NCBI GenBank assembly: GCA_973895155.1
Contig: OZ316892.1
Coordinates: 8,415,251-8,479,250, forward strand
DNA from: Marsupella aquatica
Taxonomy: Eukaryota; Plantae; Marchantiophyta
Length of the DNA: 64,000 nt
Direction: 5' to 3'
Under the pieces are notes generated by a model that did not search any database, was not told where the DNA came from, and saw nothing but the letters and a program-made list of their open reading frames with translations. Below are positions 1 through 13,400 of this stretch, one piece after another (position 1 is the first letter of the stretch; every line of letters starts with the position of its first letter). The position numbers were made by a program, and so were the translations under genes.

Positions 1-1073
1 GTAGCCCACAAAGCTAGGAGTCCAATACTGAAAACCGAAATCAAAATCGAAATTTGACGGAAAAGTTATTCAAATTTCGGTCGAGGTGGATAAAACCTTG
101 GGAAACTCCCCCGTTTTGACCACCTCAGGGAATAACCGAAATACCAAGTACAACCCATTGTCGGAATTGCGATGTGATTGGTGCGCTGCATTGCCAACTT
201 CAATGGCTACGACCTCGCCGAAAAATAACCAAAAAAGTTACCGTTCGGCGGATGAAATCTTTGTCGGACGGTCAAAAAATAGCTCTCTGGTTTTTTGGAA
301 TATTCTATGACCCTTGTACAGGCCCTGTGGGAATTTTGGAAGAACAATTGAGGGGCTGACATGTGTCCTCAAACCCCCAAAACCCCCTACCACCCTTCGT
401 CGTCGAAATCTGGTCGTGCGCGCAGAAAATACACACGGCAGAATGTACCCCTCGACACCAAACGCAAGATATCTCACTCGGGTTTTGACTAAATCAAGAT
501 CCGATTTCAGATTTGGAAACTAGACTCCGAGGTGATGAATATCGATATAAGAAGCACCCAAAACGAGGAAAGAACGAGGGAGAAAAAAATTGGTAAAGAT
601 GACAGATTTCTCTCAATTGCCATAGCCAATTTCGAATCAGTTTTTCAAAGAGAAAAAAATGGTACCTTGTCAACAACGAATGTTGATCAATTGCACTTGG
701 TGCCGTCACCAAGTCCAACAAGGTAATTGATTTTGCTTAGCCTTCCTCTTTGCATCAAAGAGCCAATCCCGGACTCAAAAACAATCGTCTTGCCTCAATC
801 TCTCCGTTGAGTCAAAACACTTGACGCTTCTCCCTCTGAGTCGATTGCCAACTTTCTTCATAAAATCCAGAACGACGAAAACTTAGATCTCTCTGCACCA
901 CGAGCTCCGTTCAACGATTTCTTCACACCGTTAGAAAGCTCTTGCCCTGATCTATCCGTTGAGCCCATAAACTCCAAGTTCCATGCGATGGAACTCTGGA
1001 AAATCCACCAACACTCAACGCTGGAAAAACCGTCATGAAATCCCGTCACGAACACACGTCACCTCCCAAGCAT

Positions 1074-1085
1074 GCTCTGATACCA
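1074..1085 (-). promoter_or_regulatory. Primer binding site complementary to the 3' end of tRNA-iMet
   Basis: Plus-strand gctctgatacca reads TGGTATCAGAGC on minus, immediately inside the LTR end. Confidence 0.9.
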
Positions 1086-1347
1086 ATTGTTGAGCATAGA
1101 CGACGATCGCAACGGCAAGCCCATGAACCATCCAACGCACAATAGTCGACACAAGAGATACGTGGTTCACCTCCTTGAGGCTACGTCCACGGGAACACAC
1201 AAGAGAGCTTTATTGAACTCTAAGCCCGTCGGCTATACCGAGTCTCCACAGTGTAAGCTCTCTCTATCTCTCAAGTGGCTCCATAACAATGAGCCTTGGT
1301 TCTACCTCTCCAAGCACACATGCCTCTTATGATATAGTGTGCAACTT

Positions 1348-1470
1348 AGTTGTACCTAACCACATAGTTGTACCTAATCACGTAGTTGTACCTAACCACA
1401 TAGTTGTACCTAATCACGTAGTTGTACCTAACCACGTAGTTGTACCAACCCACGTTGTTGTACCAACCAC
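1348..1470. repeat. 18-bp tandem repeat inside the LTR (tagttgtacctaaccaca/g, about 7 copies)
   Basis: Directly visible; produces the spurious VVPNH-repeat ORF 1289-1486. Confidence 0.9.
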
Positions 1471-1831
1471 GTCATACCTAACCTAGACGTAAGAGTAAAT
1501 ACCCAACAACTTAAACCCTTCATTGTGGTCTAATGAGCCTTCAGATTGCCTTTCCTTTTGAATGTAATCTATGACTTCACATTAGTACCACAAGTATATG
1601 TTACTAAACCACACAAACAGTAAGGCTTTCATGTAAAAGAAGTCTTAAGCTCTTACTCTGGTTGTGAGGGTTTCTCTACTACCTAGTTCAGGGTGCCGGA
1701 CGGAGCATCCAAGGACTAGCATGGGTCAGTTTTCTAACCGGTACAGTGGTCTAGATGGGGCACATACCATCGTGATATCCTGGTTAACGCAGGACCTGCG
1801 CAAACTATGGCAAGGCCAGTATATTATTCTC

Positions 1832-3350
1832 AAGATATATGCTTGATGGGCCCCCTGGTGAACCTTTCTTACCTGATAGGCCCCCCTAGGTAACTTTTCT
1901 TACCTAATAGGCCCCTTGTGAGTATTTTTTGTCAGATGTTCTTATCACAGGCACTGTAACAAGTTTTTCCTTCATGGAGTGACTAACCACGGTTTGCCAG
2001 AAAGACTATCAATGGTCAACCATGACTCCAGGCAAACTGCACGGTTGGACTGTGCGGCCGACCCTCCATGGTCGACTGAGAAAACGATGGAGTTTATTCG
2101 GGAGAAACCGCAAAAAACAGCTGTCGCTGCCAAAACTGTGATTTGAAGACAATATGCATTATGTCTTCGGATTCAAAATTTAATTGATCACGGGGTAGTC
2201 ATTAGCTTTGCTTGTACGGGTTTTTCGTCACTATTGGACCGTGCGGGAGGCCACCCCTGCATGGTCGAAGAAACATGTGGGAGAAACAGGTGAAACCGCG
2301 GAGATGATGTGGGAGAACCGCAAAAAGCAGCTGCTGCTACCCAAACCGCAACTTGAATACAATATGGATTATTCTTCAGGTTCAAACTTTTACCGTATCG
2401 TGGGGTAGTCGTTAGGTACGCTTTTCACACGGTGCACATGGATTTTTCATGATGTTTTCATGCACAACTGTCAGCGTCAGTGCAGAGTACCTCCAAATGT
2501 CCATAGTGAATATTCAAGTTCAATGTTTGGAATTCCCCCACTGCCGCCACGACAAAAATTGACAAATGATCGACAAATGCGCTCAAAAAATGGTGATACT
2601 ACCCTGCGCAATGCATACAAACAACTCCAAATGAAGACTGACTCAAAGGTGTCGGGGTACACTTTAAACTTTAAACCTTGAAACACCGGAAAATGTAATT
2701 CATTGTGTCTTCAGACATTAACCCATCAAATCCTATGGTAATGGCATTTTTGCCCATTGCGATGAACCGTGGTAGACTACGACGACCTGCATGGTGGATA
2801 AGAGGCGCCGTAGATTGCGACGACAAGCGTGGTGGACTGGGCCTGGGAGCACAATGCATTCCAAGGCAATGGGTGTGATTAACTGTACATAGTAGGCACC
2901 ACACAAGAACAAGTGTATGGGTCATTAATGTTAAGGATTGCTCTTAGTCTTGTGACTCAAAGGTTACGACACTTAGGCTAACCACAATTAGGGTCTTAGC
3001 TGAGGTTAGGTTAGTCGTGTGTGACCTTGTATATACCAGGGCTAGTGTAAGCCACTGGTGAGTGGGGCTTACTCATTGTAACAGAGCAACTTGAGGAAGA
3101 GGGAGAGCATGTGTGTTTGTTTACTTTTGAAGTAAAGCTTGAGTGTTCGTGTGGACGTAGCCTTGGAGAAGAGGTGAACCACGTAGAGATTGTGTCGACT
3201 ACGTGTGCATGGAATAAGTCATGGTTGTATGGTCGTTGCGAATGACGTCTTAGTTCAACAATTAAGAGGGGTCCCACTTGGTAAAAAGAGTTTCATGGGG
3301 GCACATCAGGTAAACAAGTTTCACCATAGGACCCATCAAGCATATATCTC
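1832..3350. mobile_element. Non-autonomous Mutator-like element (MULE)
   Basis: About 85-bp imperfect TIRs: aagatatatgcttgatgggccccctggtgaacc... versus the reverse complement of the right end, gagatatatgcttgatgggtcctatggtgaaac... Perfect 10-bp TSD tattattctc at 1822-1831 and 3351-3360. A 9-11 bp TSD is typical of Mutator. Confidence 0.88.
2929..3260 (+). mobile_element. Solo LTR nested in the MULE
   Basis: TGTT...CAACA termini, perfect 5-bp TSD attaa (2924-2928 and 3261-3265). The 3' part (gtggacgtagcc...gaggtgaaccacgta...tgtgtcgacta) is similar to the LTR at 1088-1508. No PBS follows. Confidence 0.9.
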
Positions 3351-6300
3351 TATTATTCTCCCATTTTGAAAATCTCCCATTTTAAAAATAATGGAAACAC
3401 TGAAAGTCAGTGTTTACACCTCAACAGTTAGAATATTCTTAAATTTTGCCAACTCTAAAAGTATTTTCTAATTTTTTTAATAATTTTGTTCAAACCTACA
3501 TGACACTTAGGTACTAGACTATCAGAGAGGTCAGAGGTAAACCAGATCAAGAATTTGGTGCATGGCACAACAAGCTCAACAGCGAAGAATCCATGCCCAG
3601 AGATGCCACCACCATAACCAAGATCATCCATTGTCACTCAATGACGTCTTCAGGTTTTCAGTCCCAAAATTCTTTTGAGTTTCAAAGTGAGGTCTAATGT
3701 ATGACTCAATATCAGCTGATACTATAGTGTAGGTTTAGGGCCAAAAATATATGCTTCAATACCAGATTGAGGGCTGTGGAGGCTGGGCGGACCTGGATTT
3801 CTAGGCAGCAGCCGCAATGATTATGGTCAGGATTGGGGGACAATTGGTGCAGGGTCCGTGTCATGGACGCATGGGACACACTTTTTGCTTGGCAGAAGAA
3901 AGAGTTAGATAGCTCGAATCAGAACTGTAGGTTGTTAGCCATTGCTTCGTTTTTTATTCCCCACCTCTTGAACGATAAAAAAATACATTGCTTCGTTTTA
4001 GGGAAGCTCCATCTGGTAGATACGTTGGGGAGTTTGAATTTAGGGCCATGTCATGATGATTGGCACCATGAGGTGCAGGAGGTGGTGGGCATTGGCAGAG
4101 CCACGGTAGCCAGCCATTGTAGTCAAGTGGAGTAAGCTACAGTCGATGTGAGAAAAAGTAGAGAGAGAGAGAGAAGTCCATGTGGTAAATTGCATTGTAA
4201 ACTCGTGATCACAATGAGGAGATCATGATTGCAGCTGAACATGGGAGACACCCGACCTTTCATCTGTCAAGGCAAATGTTTGGATTAAACAAAACCAGAA
4301 AGAAGAGTCGGATTAAAATATATACTTTCCACTGAAAAATATTGGAGGAACAGGGTGGGTGTTGCTTGTCATTAAGAGAGTCCATGTGACAGACTATAGG
4401 AGACGGTTATTTGAGATGAAGCTCTGAAAGGGAATTTGGCCATATCTTGAATCCACACTGTACGCACGATGCTCATTTGTTTAGGTTTATATATTTGACA
4501 TAATTAAGCTTCTCTTGAGAAATGGGCTACGTGTGCGCCAACTATCAAGATTTCCTGCGATTTCTTTATGAGCTCACTCAAATCAAACAATCATTTGGAA
4601 GTTGCATCTCGTAAGACGAGTACCTGAATGCACCGTGTGGAAGCAATGGGATCACGCTCTTTAGTTCAGAGGCCAACGCTCATTTTCCCGAACCATGAGC
4701 TTAATTGTTATGAACTAAGCGATGACAAATGACAAAAAAACTCCCCCTGGCCGGGGCATCGAACTTGCCCCACCACCACGTCTACTACCATGACACGAGC
4801 ACACATTTGTTGACTTGGGCTGCTCGGATTGAGAGACTTTCCGGTACCTTCAGTTAATTGAGAGGTTGATCATCTAGCTTATTCCACTTGACTACATTTG
4901 TAATGAACATGCTCAAACCCTATGGCGTGATTTTGTCAGGATTTCAGGCGAGGTACATTTAACAAAATGATGTATCAGTTCCCTCTCGTCTGGCCCACAA
5001 TTCGAGAGTTTCAGTCTCAGGCTTGTCTGCATGTCCAAGCAATCGAGAGGCAAGTTTCTAGCCAAGGGACCAACACACAGGACACATTGTTCAAGTAGAG
5101 TACTCATTCCAAGTAATAGCAGGCAGCAGGATATGACCAGAATAAGATTCCTATCTCATCGAGTTCTGGTGGTCGCCTTTAAGTCTTCACCTTCTACATC
5201 TCAGGCATACCTAGGGGGGCAGAATTAATAATAGGCACGCCTTAAAAGAATATTGAAACATCTACAGTAAAGAGAACGATTTCCCCTGGAAACGTGGTGG
5301 CAGAACAGCCTGCCTTGCTAGATCTCATGTAATACACCAATTGAGCGGTCAGGCCAACCCTGGCATTATAATTACTCCAACTCCAGTATCCTTTTCGTCA
5401 GGCATAGTTCTCATAATTGTACTTGACGAAAATTGAACATTTTTTAGTATTGAGGCAATGCATGTCATACGAGTCCACGGTGCTAACTGATTGATTAGTC
5501 TTTTGAGACGTCTCCAGAATATCTCTACCTTGTGGACCTTGAATGTTGGACTCGCCTGTCATGGCAGCAGGTACAGCCAGAACTCATCATGCTCTCCACT
5601 GCTACGTGTTGAGTCCAGGTGTTTTCTGGTTCTATGAGCAACTCATGTCCTGGTTATAATGGGTACGACAATGTCCATCAACACTGCTTCAGCTACAAGA
5701 TCATGTCAAGAGGTTCAATTCCTCTGAACACATTTCACATGACATACCATGATAAATGAATATTCTGTTTAAATCACCAAGTCTACACCACAAATTAACA
5801 CATTTCGATGTGCAGTTACCGGGACACCAAAACTCGGGCTGCAACTCTTATGTATTCCCCGCCAGAGCAGCCATCGCATAGATTATTGACCTCGATATGA
5901 GCTCAAAAGCAGAAAGGAAACCTAAAGTGGGCGGAGCAAAGTAACGAGCTGGTTTTTCGGTCTTACCCAATAATTTCTTTACTGACAATATAGACTTTCT
6001 TATGTGGGATGCAATTACATAATGCTTGGTGCAAATAAAGAAGCTCAGAAAGAATCATTAGACTATCCCTGAGCCGCACAAGGACATGACATTATTGAAG
6101 ATCAAGCTTAACTTGGAGCTTCACCTTGTATCCTGCTTCCACGAGGACCTGTAGGCTACAGAGTTGAATTCTATGGACACACCAAACAAGTGTAGCAAAA
6201 AGGAAGAAAGAAGCTGAAGAGCAACTAACATCTAAAATTGGGAAGGCAAATGCATATGTCCACTTGTCCTGACCTACTGCTCTGCTTTCTTTCACAGTCC

Positions 6301-6954
6301 ATTAGCGTCGTTGCCTGGGCATGATGATGACCCCTACTGCATCACTCCACCATTTGTATGTAGCGATATTCCCATATTAGACGAGGGTCATTACGGCTTC
6401 TGGGTCTGTGACCAAGGAACTAAAGACCTTACTTCCAGCCATCAAATTGCAATGTACAACTGATCCCCAAACGGGCAAACTTGGGGTAAGTGCTGTCCAC
6501 CAACATACTCAACAAACAAGTGTGTCGCTGCCGTCTCCAACACAAATCAATGTCTCCTGTCGTTAACACCAACGCCTCCCAGTATCTGCCATGTTTTGAT
6601 GGCCGTCTGTTGCTCTCAAGACCCAACGGGCTGAAAGGACTTTCTTCCAGTCAAGCGAATCATGATGCTGCAAAACCTCTGGTCTCTCCACCGACATGCA
6701 CAATCTACTCGTTTGCAGTCCTTCAAGCATAAGCAAGTACTGTGGAGATACTGTGCCCAATTCAACAAACTCTGCAGTGTACGTACAGAAGACTCCGTGA
6801 TGACTATATAACAGGCAAGAAAAGGGCAACAATGTGTTACCACATCTAACGACCCAACATGGTCTAACAGCAAGGGCAGGTCTTTGAGATTATCTCAACC
6901 CTTCTCTGAGGTTTTGGGGTGGTAAGTAAAAACAACAGTTAGAGAGGGATATTC

Positions 6955-9900
6955 TCATGTAGGAGGAAGAGATGAAGGTAATAATCTGTCCCTTTCTTCC
7001 TCGCCAAGCTGTGATAGGTCCGCTCCACCTGGACTTTGCTTATCCAGCCCTCGGACATTGTACTGCTCATGTACCCTTTGACGATTGTCAGCCCACCATT
7101 GCTCTGCCTGCCGTTCACTGAATCGTTTGCGGCTGAAAAGCCCAGCCAGCCAGAGAAGAACATACGGATATCAGACTTATTAATCAAAGCTCTAAACACC
7201 AGATGAACTAGCTTCATATTGATTCTGAAGATTGTAGTCTGCTTGAAAAGAATAAAGAAACCCAGAAACTTTACAAGACGGTGATTGCAGGATTCCGTTT
7301 AAGCGTGAATAAAAATTGGCAATTTACACCACAAATGAAATCCATGCAGGAGAGGTAAGGATAACTTGCACATCCAGGCCTTAGAAGGAGAGAAACCATT
7401 TTAAAGAGAAAGAAGGAAATAATCTAGAAGTCGAATGCCAAACTTACCTAAACCTCACTCGCTTCAAGTCTTTTCCACCCCCTGGTAAAGCTGTTAGTGT
7501 GATGTAAACTCCTGGTTCATCTTGTTCAACCCACTCTGTTTCTGCTCTTTCCTCTACCCTCCCATTCTCTGTGGGAGCTGAGGTGGTACTCATTGCCCTT
7601 CCACTGTCATTGTGCTGCTGTGGTGGCTCTGGACCACCCACTCCACTGTCAGATGTTGGACTTACGTAAATTTGGCTCCCACCCATTTGGGACGGAGGAG
7701 CCCCATCAGAACCTTGCGGGCTTGAAGCAGGAATTGCACGCGAGCTGGCCGTCGACAGAGGACTAGTTCCACCATTCATATCCCCGTCCCTAAAACTAGG
7801 ACTAGTGGGAGTGATATGATACTTCTTTATAAGATTTTGTGTACTGTCCAATTCCATCGAATTCGTCGTATCAGGTGAAGGATGTGCTCCATTTGGAATA
7901 TCATTCCGTAGATTCATCGATCCGGGTCTACGCAGGGCTCCAGGAGGCAGTCTTTCAGCCATATCTCTTAGCTGCACAAGCATACGTCTTGGCAGGTGAG
8001 CTCTGGAATTTCATTCAACAAGGCAGATGACAAAGGTAGAGATTACCAAACTCAATTACATTGCTTTGTTTAGGTGATCTGGTTTAAAAGCTGCACAACG
8101 ACGATAGGATTGCTAACCTCAACACTGTCACGAAGGTGACTAAATTAAGGAAAGAATCTGTGCCACACCTGAGCGGTAAGGGATTTTATAACTTCTTTGG
8201 CTGCTCTGGATTTTGCAGTTTCCTCTCCAGCCATGGCCATGGCATTTTGAGCATGCTGTGAACTACGTTGCAATTCCTTTTCCTGGGTTTGTTGCCGACG
8301 AGTTAGAGCCTCCACCTGATCAACACCAGCACTAGTAAGTGCATGACAAAAGTCCATGTTCGAAAATCTGAAAAGAAGTGCTCCTGCCAAGTCGCCTCAA
8401 ACAGATCCAGTGTACACTTAGCCATATATGGCAGTCAGCTCCACCACTACTTAAGATATAAACCCTCTTTTGGCGCTAAGTTTTTCCCAATGTCATCCAG
8501 TCAACGTTTGGTAGAAGGAATAAACTACAACAAGATAAAGAGGTAAAAAGGTGAAGCTTCCATGCATGACCCCAAAATTAAAAACCTCCACTAAAAATGA
8601 CTGAATAACTTCTCTGTGAAGGCATATTTTCGAAATATAAATCATGCCAACATCTAGGATGAGTTTCAAGGAATCTAAATATACATTCTTCATTCAATAT
8701 TCTTCTCTATGTTCCTGAGATTTGTAAATTGTAGGCAAAGTGGCATCAGCTAAAGGACAAACGGAATACAGAAGAGACACAAGAAGCCCAAAATAAATGG
8801 TTACATGGCCAACAATTTACAGAACACCTGACCATAGTCAACTATGGCTGTAATATAATCGTAAACATCGAGGACTGTTTCAATCACATGATGTGATTGG
8901 TGATGACAGAGTACCTGTGCTCGCAACCTCAGCAACTCTTCACTCAATGATTCGTTCCTCTTCTTCAATTCATCGAGCACCGACCTTGGAACTGAGAGGC
9001 CTGATATAGTCGGAGTGGGTGTTGTTGACCTTGGAGGACTGGACCTCCTTGAGAGAGGGGAGACCGTTCTATTGAGAATCCTGGGTTGCGCGACAGGAAG
9101 ATTGGAAGCTATCTTCGGTTGCAAAAAGCCTGAATTAAAAGTGGGAGGGACGTTGACACTTCCCCATGACATCGGTCCGATCGGAGCAGGGGAGACGCGG
9201 CTGGATGAGGTGTTCTCTCTCTTACGCCGGGTCCCTGCCTTCCCATCCTGGAGCTTTGCAGGCTCAAGCGGAGGTTTGGACGACGGTAGTATTGGCCTCG
9301 AAGTTTTGGGATCTGATCGATCTAACTTATCTTTCAGATCACTAGTCCTCGAGTTTTTTTGGGCCGAGGCAGCCCGTTTCGCAAGCACCGCATTATTCGA
9401 TGGTCCAGCCTCGGCGACCTTCTTCAGCTTTGCAAAGCAGGGATCACAAACACGGTAAAGCTTGCTTTGACTAGGGGCCAAAGAGGCTCTGAGGGCTTTC
9501 TTTGAGCTGCAGGTATGACAGAACACTACACCACAATTATAGCAATTGTGTCGCTTTCGCGTGAACCCAAAAGGAAGCTTACAGCCTGAGCAAACAGCTT
9601 GATCGGCACCAGAAACCCACTTGTGCAGACAGATAGCGGCTGTGAAGCTAGCTCCGCAGGCAATGCTCTTCACCTGTTTATCTTTCAATGCTTCTACTAG
9701 TGTTGGATTGTACCGGTCCTTTTCATCCCCATGTCCCAGTCTCCCATTGAGTCCCTTGCCCCAAGTGTAAACCTCTGTTTTGTGTGTAAGGACAGCCACA
9801 TGGTGTGAGCCACATGAGATCTCCTCAACAAAAACCTCCCAGAGCTTCCCTTCCACCATGCCTGGAATGTTCCCGTCTGCACGAGGGTCGCCCAACTGAC

Positions 9901-12900
9901 CATAATCTTTGCTTCCCATAGTAAATACCTGTCCAGACGTCGTCAGAGCCACAGTCAGACTGTGCCCACAAGCAACCTGCTTGAAGTTATAGTCCACCAA
10001 AGCAGCCACACAAGTTGGTACTAGCCGCTGCTCTTTGTCACCGTGTCCGAGTCTGCCCTTGTCGCCATTCCCCCATGTAAACAGCTTTCCAGAAGAGCAA
10101 CTACTTGCACTGGAATAGCCAACCATCACCTCCACCACTGCTGCTGTATGCCAAACCCCGCAAGCAGCTCGGACTGTTTTCAAACCCTTCAAAGACTCCA
10201 CCTCCCTGGGAGAGTACGCACTCTTTGTGTCGTTATGACCAAGCACACCAAAAGTTCCATCACCGAAAGTGAAAAGCTGCCCTGCTGACGTGACAAGAGC
10301 TGTATGCCAAGGACCACAAGCAATAGAAGACACACGAATGCCTTCCAAAATGCCAGTGACCCGTTTTGGCATCCAGTGGCTAATGTCATTTCCGTGGCCC
10401 AAAAGTCCAAAATTATGGGTGCCATCACCCCAGGTATACAGATCACCAGCGAGGCTCACGGCACAGCTGTGAAACTCTCCGCAGGACACAAACTCGGTGT
10501 TGATGGTTGCCAGGGCTTCCACGAGCTTAGGGTGTGGCACGTCGCAGTCCACTCCGTGGCCAAGTCGTCCTCCAGATTCTTCTCCCCAAGTGAAAACTTC
10601 ACCCTGTTTTGTAACCAAGGCCGCGTGTTTTCCACCACAAGCTATATTTTGCACGTCGAGAACAACTGCAGAATCGAGCGCTTTGGGTACCAAGGCATCG
10701 ACCTTTCCATCTGACATACTGCCAATTTTATGTACACCACCTCCTAAGTACCCGTCTCCCATGCCTTGTCCCCATAAAAACACATCTCCCAAAGCATCGT
10801 TCTCTTCTTGCCCGGATCCCTGGCTCGATGAACTTACTGCGCTTGACATACTTACTCTAAAGGCATCTACAGGTTGGCCACCTCCTTTCATATTCTCTGA
10901 ACTTAGATCAGAACCTGCCGAGTGCATTGACCCTCCAAGAGAGCCATTCTCAAAAAAGCTTTTCGAGTCTACCACGACTAAAGCTCCTGCTGAATACGAC
11001 TTCTCCAAGGATTTATCAGAACTATATTTATCTGAACCAAAACGAGGCGGACTGCCGAACGGGCTAAGTACTCTGAAGGCGTCCACACTATCCTGTAGTA
11101 CACAATAGCCCAAAATTAATCACAACTGCGAGCAAACCCCCATAGGCCCCAAAAGGAGGACACAAGATAGAGAGGCTAATATTGCAAATGACCCGGAAAA
11201 GAGAGTTTGATTTTACATTATTGAAGTTGCTTGCGGGTGTTCATACATCTCTGTGATCCATAAAGAAAGGAAACATGAAGACAAAGAATGGACGAATGCA
11301 ACTATTTGAATAATAAAAATATAAGTCAGATGCAAGACTCCTCGAGCTGTCATCCATCAAGTGATGACAGCCACAGCTGGAAATTCGTTCAGTCCACAGG
11401 CCTGACGAGAAAGCAAGATGGCCAAAAATGGAGAGCACTGAAAGTCCTTGACGTACCCACAATTTTCTAGCCTACAAGACTACGAAATGAAAAGTAAACC
11501 ATTCTAAAAAAACGCTGAAATAGGAGTTGGCGAAGGCGATGTGAGAACTGCTTCTCGGATATCTCTGTAGACTAATCCCACATCCCTAGTGTATTAATGA
11601 AACCAAAACCACTGATTTTGTGCCCTTGCGATGGGTAAGAAGAAATACACTGATGCTGGAGTAGATAGATGGGCGATGGAACCCAACGGGAAGGAAAAAG
11701 TCTAGAGGTAAATACTTATGGTAAGCACGCAACTCATATTACGCACCTGATGATGTAGGTTGTCGACACTGCTGTATGGTGATGTCAAGGGAGAGCTTAT
11801 CCGTGTGCGGGAAACAGGACTAGTGATGTCTGCAGGTATGTCAGATCTGCTGTCAATCTTTGGCTTCCGAAGCTGGACACCATTGACAAGAGCCTTGAGA
11901 CCCAATATCCAAACTTCAGCTTCATCTTTATCCTTGCAAATCTGCGGGATACATTACGCCCACAAAACTAAATCAGCAACAAGGGACGGATACAAAATGT
12001 TTTGTGACAGAAGTCATCATTAAAGGCCAGTAATCTACAGTATTCAATCCCATTCTCTTGTGCGGATAGAAATTACCAGAGCACTTTGTCAGATGTAAAC
12101 AGCTTCCAGAAGCGAACTAGCAGAAAGAACAATGACCTACCAGATCAAGAGAGCGATCTTCGTTGTTATATATGAGAGAGAATGACTCGTATTCTTTCTG
12201 TGGTCGCGGGTAACGCTGGAAGATCGGCTAGAAACGACAATGTTGCCAGAGCGTCAGTGAAGAACAGAATACAGAATGAATTGGGAACAAGTTCATAGTT
12301 TCCTTCTATTCAAGTAACGAAAGTAACTTGTTACATGGCCTTATTTACTTGAGAGCAGCCATGAGCTACATTGGGTAACATAACCCATAGATGGAAGAAT
12401 CAACTGAAAGTTGTATGCGAGTAGAAAAGAAGTTCCCACCATCCAAAACGCAAAATACAGTTTCATTTCAGATTCGCAGGTCTGACTTACAGTACGTTGG
12501 CCCGGTACAATTCGCGACACAGTGCTCAGTCTGAGCTGCTTTTCTTCCTTCCCTGAGAACCAAATTAGAGATCCTTCGTCCTACATTCCGAGTGCAATGT
12601 TCAAGGTGAGTAGATTTCCAGAACTAGCTCAATTCAGAGTTGTGGAAGCAGAGATGTCTGTTTAAAACTGTTGCACTTTCCGCCAGTAGACTATATCTCA
12701 TCAGAGTGTTTTGAAGAACCACATGTAAAATTCATAGTTCCAAACGAACTTTTCTTTTGGTTGTGGTAATGTCATTCAAGACCGTTCGCAACTGAAGCTG
12801 TTAACCAAAAAAGTGGGAGAAGCAAGTATCCAAGTAACAAATTGTGCAATTGGACATACACTTGAAAGCCGGAATGGACAAAACTTAGGTCTTCCTCTAC

Positions 12901-13400
12901 GTCCATACTTCAGCAACTGAGCACCCTTCTTGAGTGCAATAATTGCCTGCACCACAAAGGCAACCCAAAGTCAACTGTTTAGATAGAATCGTACCACCAC
13001 AGTAGAGGCATCATGGTTCGCGCAAATTCCAGCTCACCTCAGCTATTGACTTGTTCTTTCGCACATTTGAGGCCCGATCCCACAAGAAACAAGTGCTAGA
13101 CCACCTAATACACTCTCTTACAAGAAAACCATGAAACGTGGAGTCGAGAGCAGGAACTCCCTTCACTAGAATGACACTTCCGGAAAAAATTGCTTGCTTC
13201 TACAGGCAAGACATGAGAAAGGACAATCTCCCCAGGTTGCCGGCCCATGTGGTCATAATCATCGTCCACAGTCACAACATACATCATCTACCCTAAAGAT
13301 CAGGAAAGGTCAAAGCTGCCTTTACCTGCTCAATGTCGCGCTCTACCAGTCCATTTCTGGACAGATCTGCCATTCGCTGTGCAGACCTAATCTCCCGCAT
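6955..13400 (-). CDS. PRAF: PH, RCC1 and FYVE domain protein with C-terminal BRX domain (PRAF/RLD family), about 1186 aa, 9 coding exons
   Basis: Exons (-): 13400-13326, 12946-12860, 12580-12491, 12227-12141, 11941-11747, 11092-8915, 8315-8169, 7971-7448, 7132-6955; all GT-AG and in frame. Motifs: [33 protein letters not shown] (PH), RCC1 repeats (GRLGHG), FYVE ([10 protein letters not shown]...VCDPC), coiled coil, BRX ([14 protein letters not shown]...[19 protein letters not shown]). Alternative start at 13373. Confidence 0.95.

Larger units (their letters stand above)
1..1508 (-). mobile_element. LTR retrotransposon (Copia-like or non-autonomous): 5' LTR, PBS and internal region, truncated by the left window edge
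   Basis: LTR 1088-1508 is bounded by TGTTG...CAACA. On the minus strand it is followed after 2 nt by TGGTATCAGAGC (1085-1074), the canonical plant tRNA-iMet PBS. No convincing gag/pol ORF in 1-1073. Confidence 0.85.

Noticed and set aside
4734-4795. Possible tRNA/SINE on minus (gttcgatgccccgg followed by a T run)
   Set aside because: A-box to B-box spacing is too short; no cloverleaf or TSD.
5709-5725. tRNA T-arm-like hairpin agaggttcaattcctct
   Set aside because: No D arm, anticodon arm or properly spaced acceptor stem can be built.
9015-11108. Long plus-strand ORFs opposite the PRAF exon (likewise opposite ABCC, ZIP and PRCC)
   Set aside because: Antisense shadows of real coding sequence.
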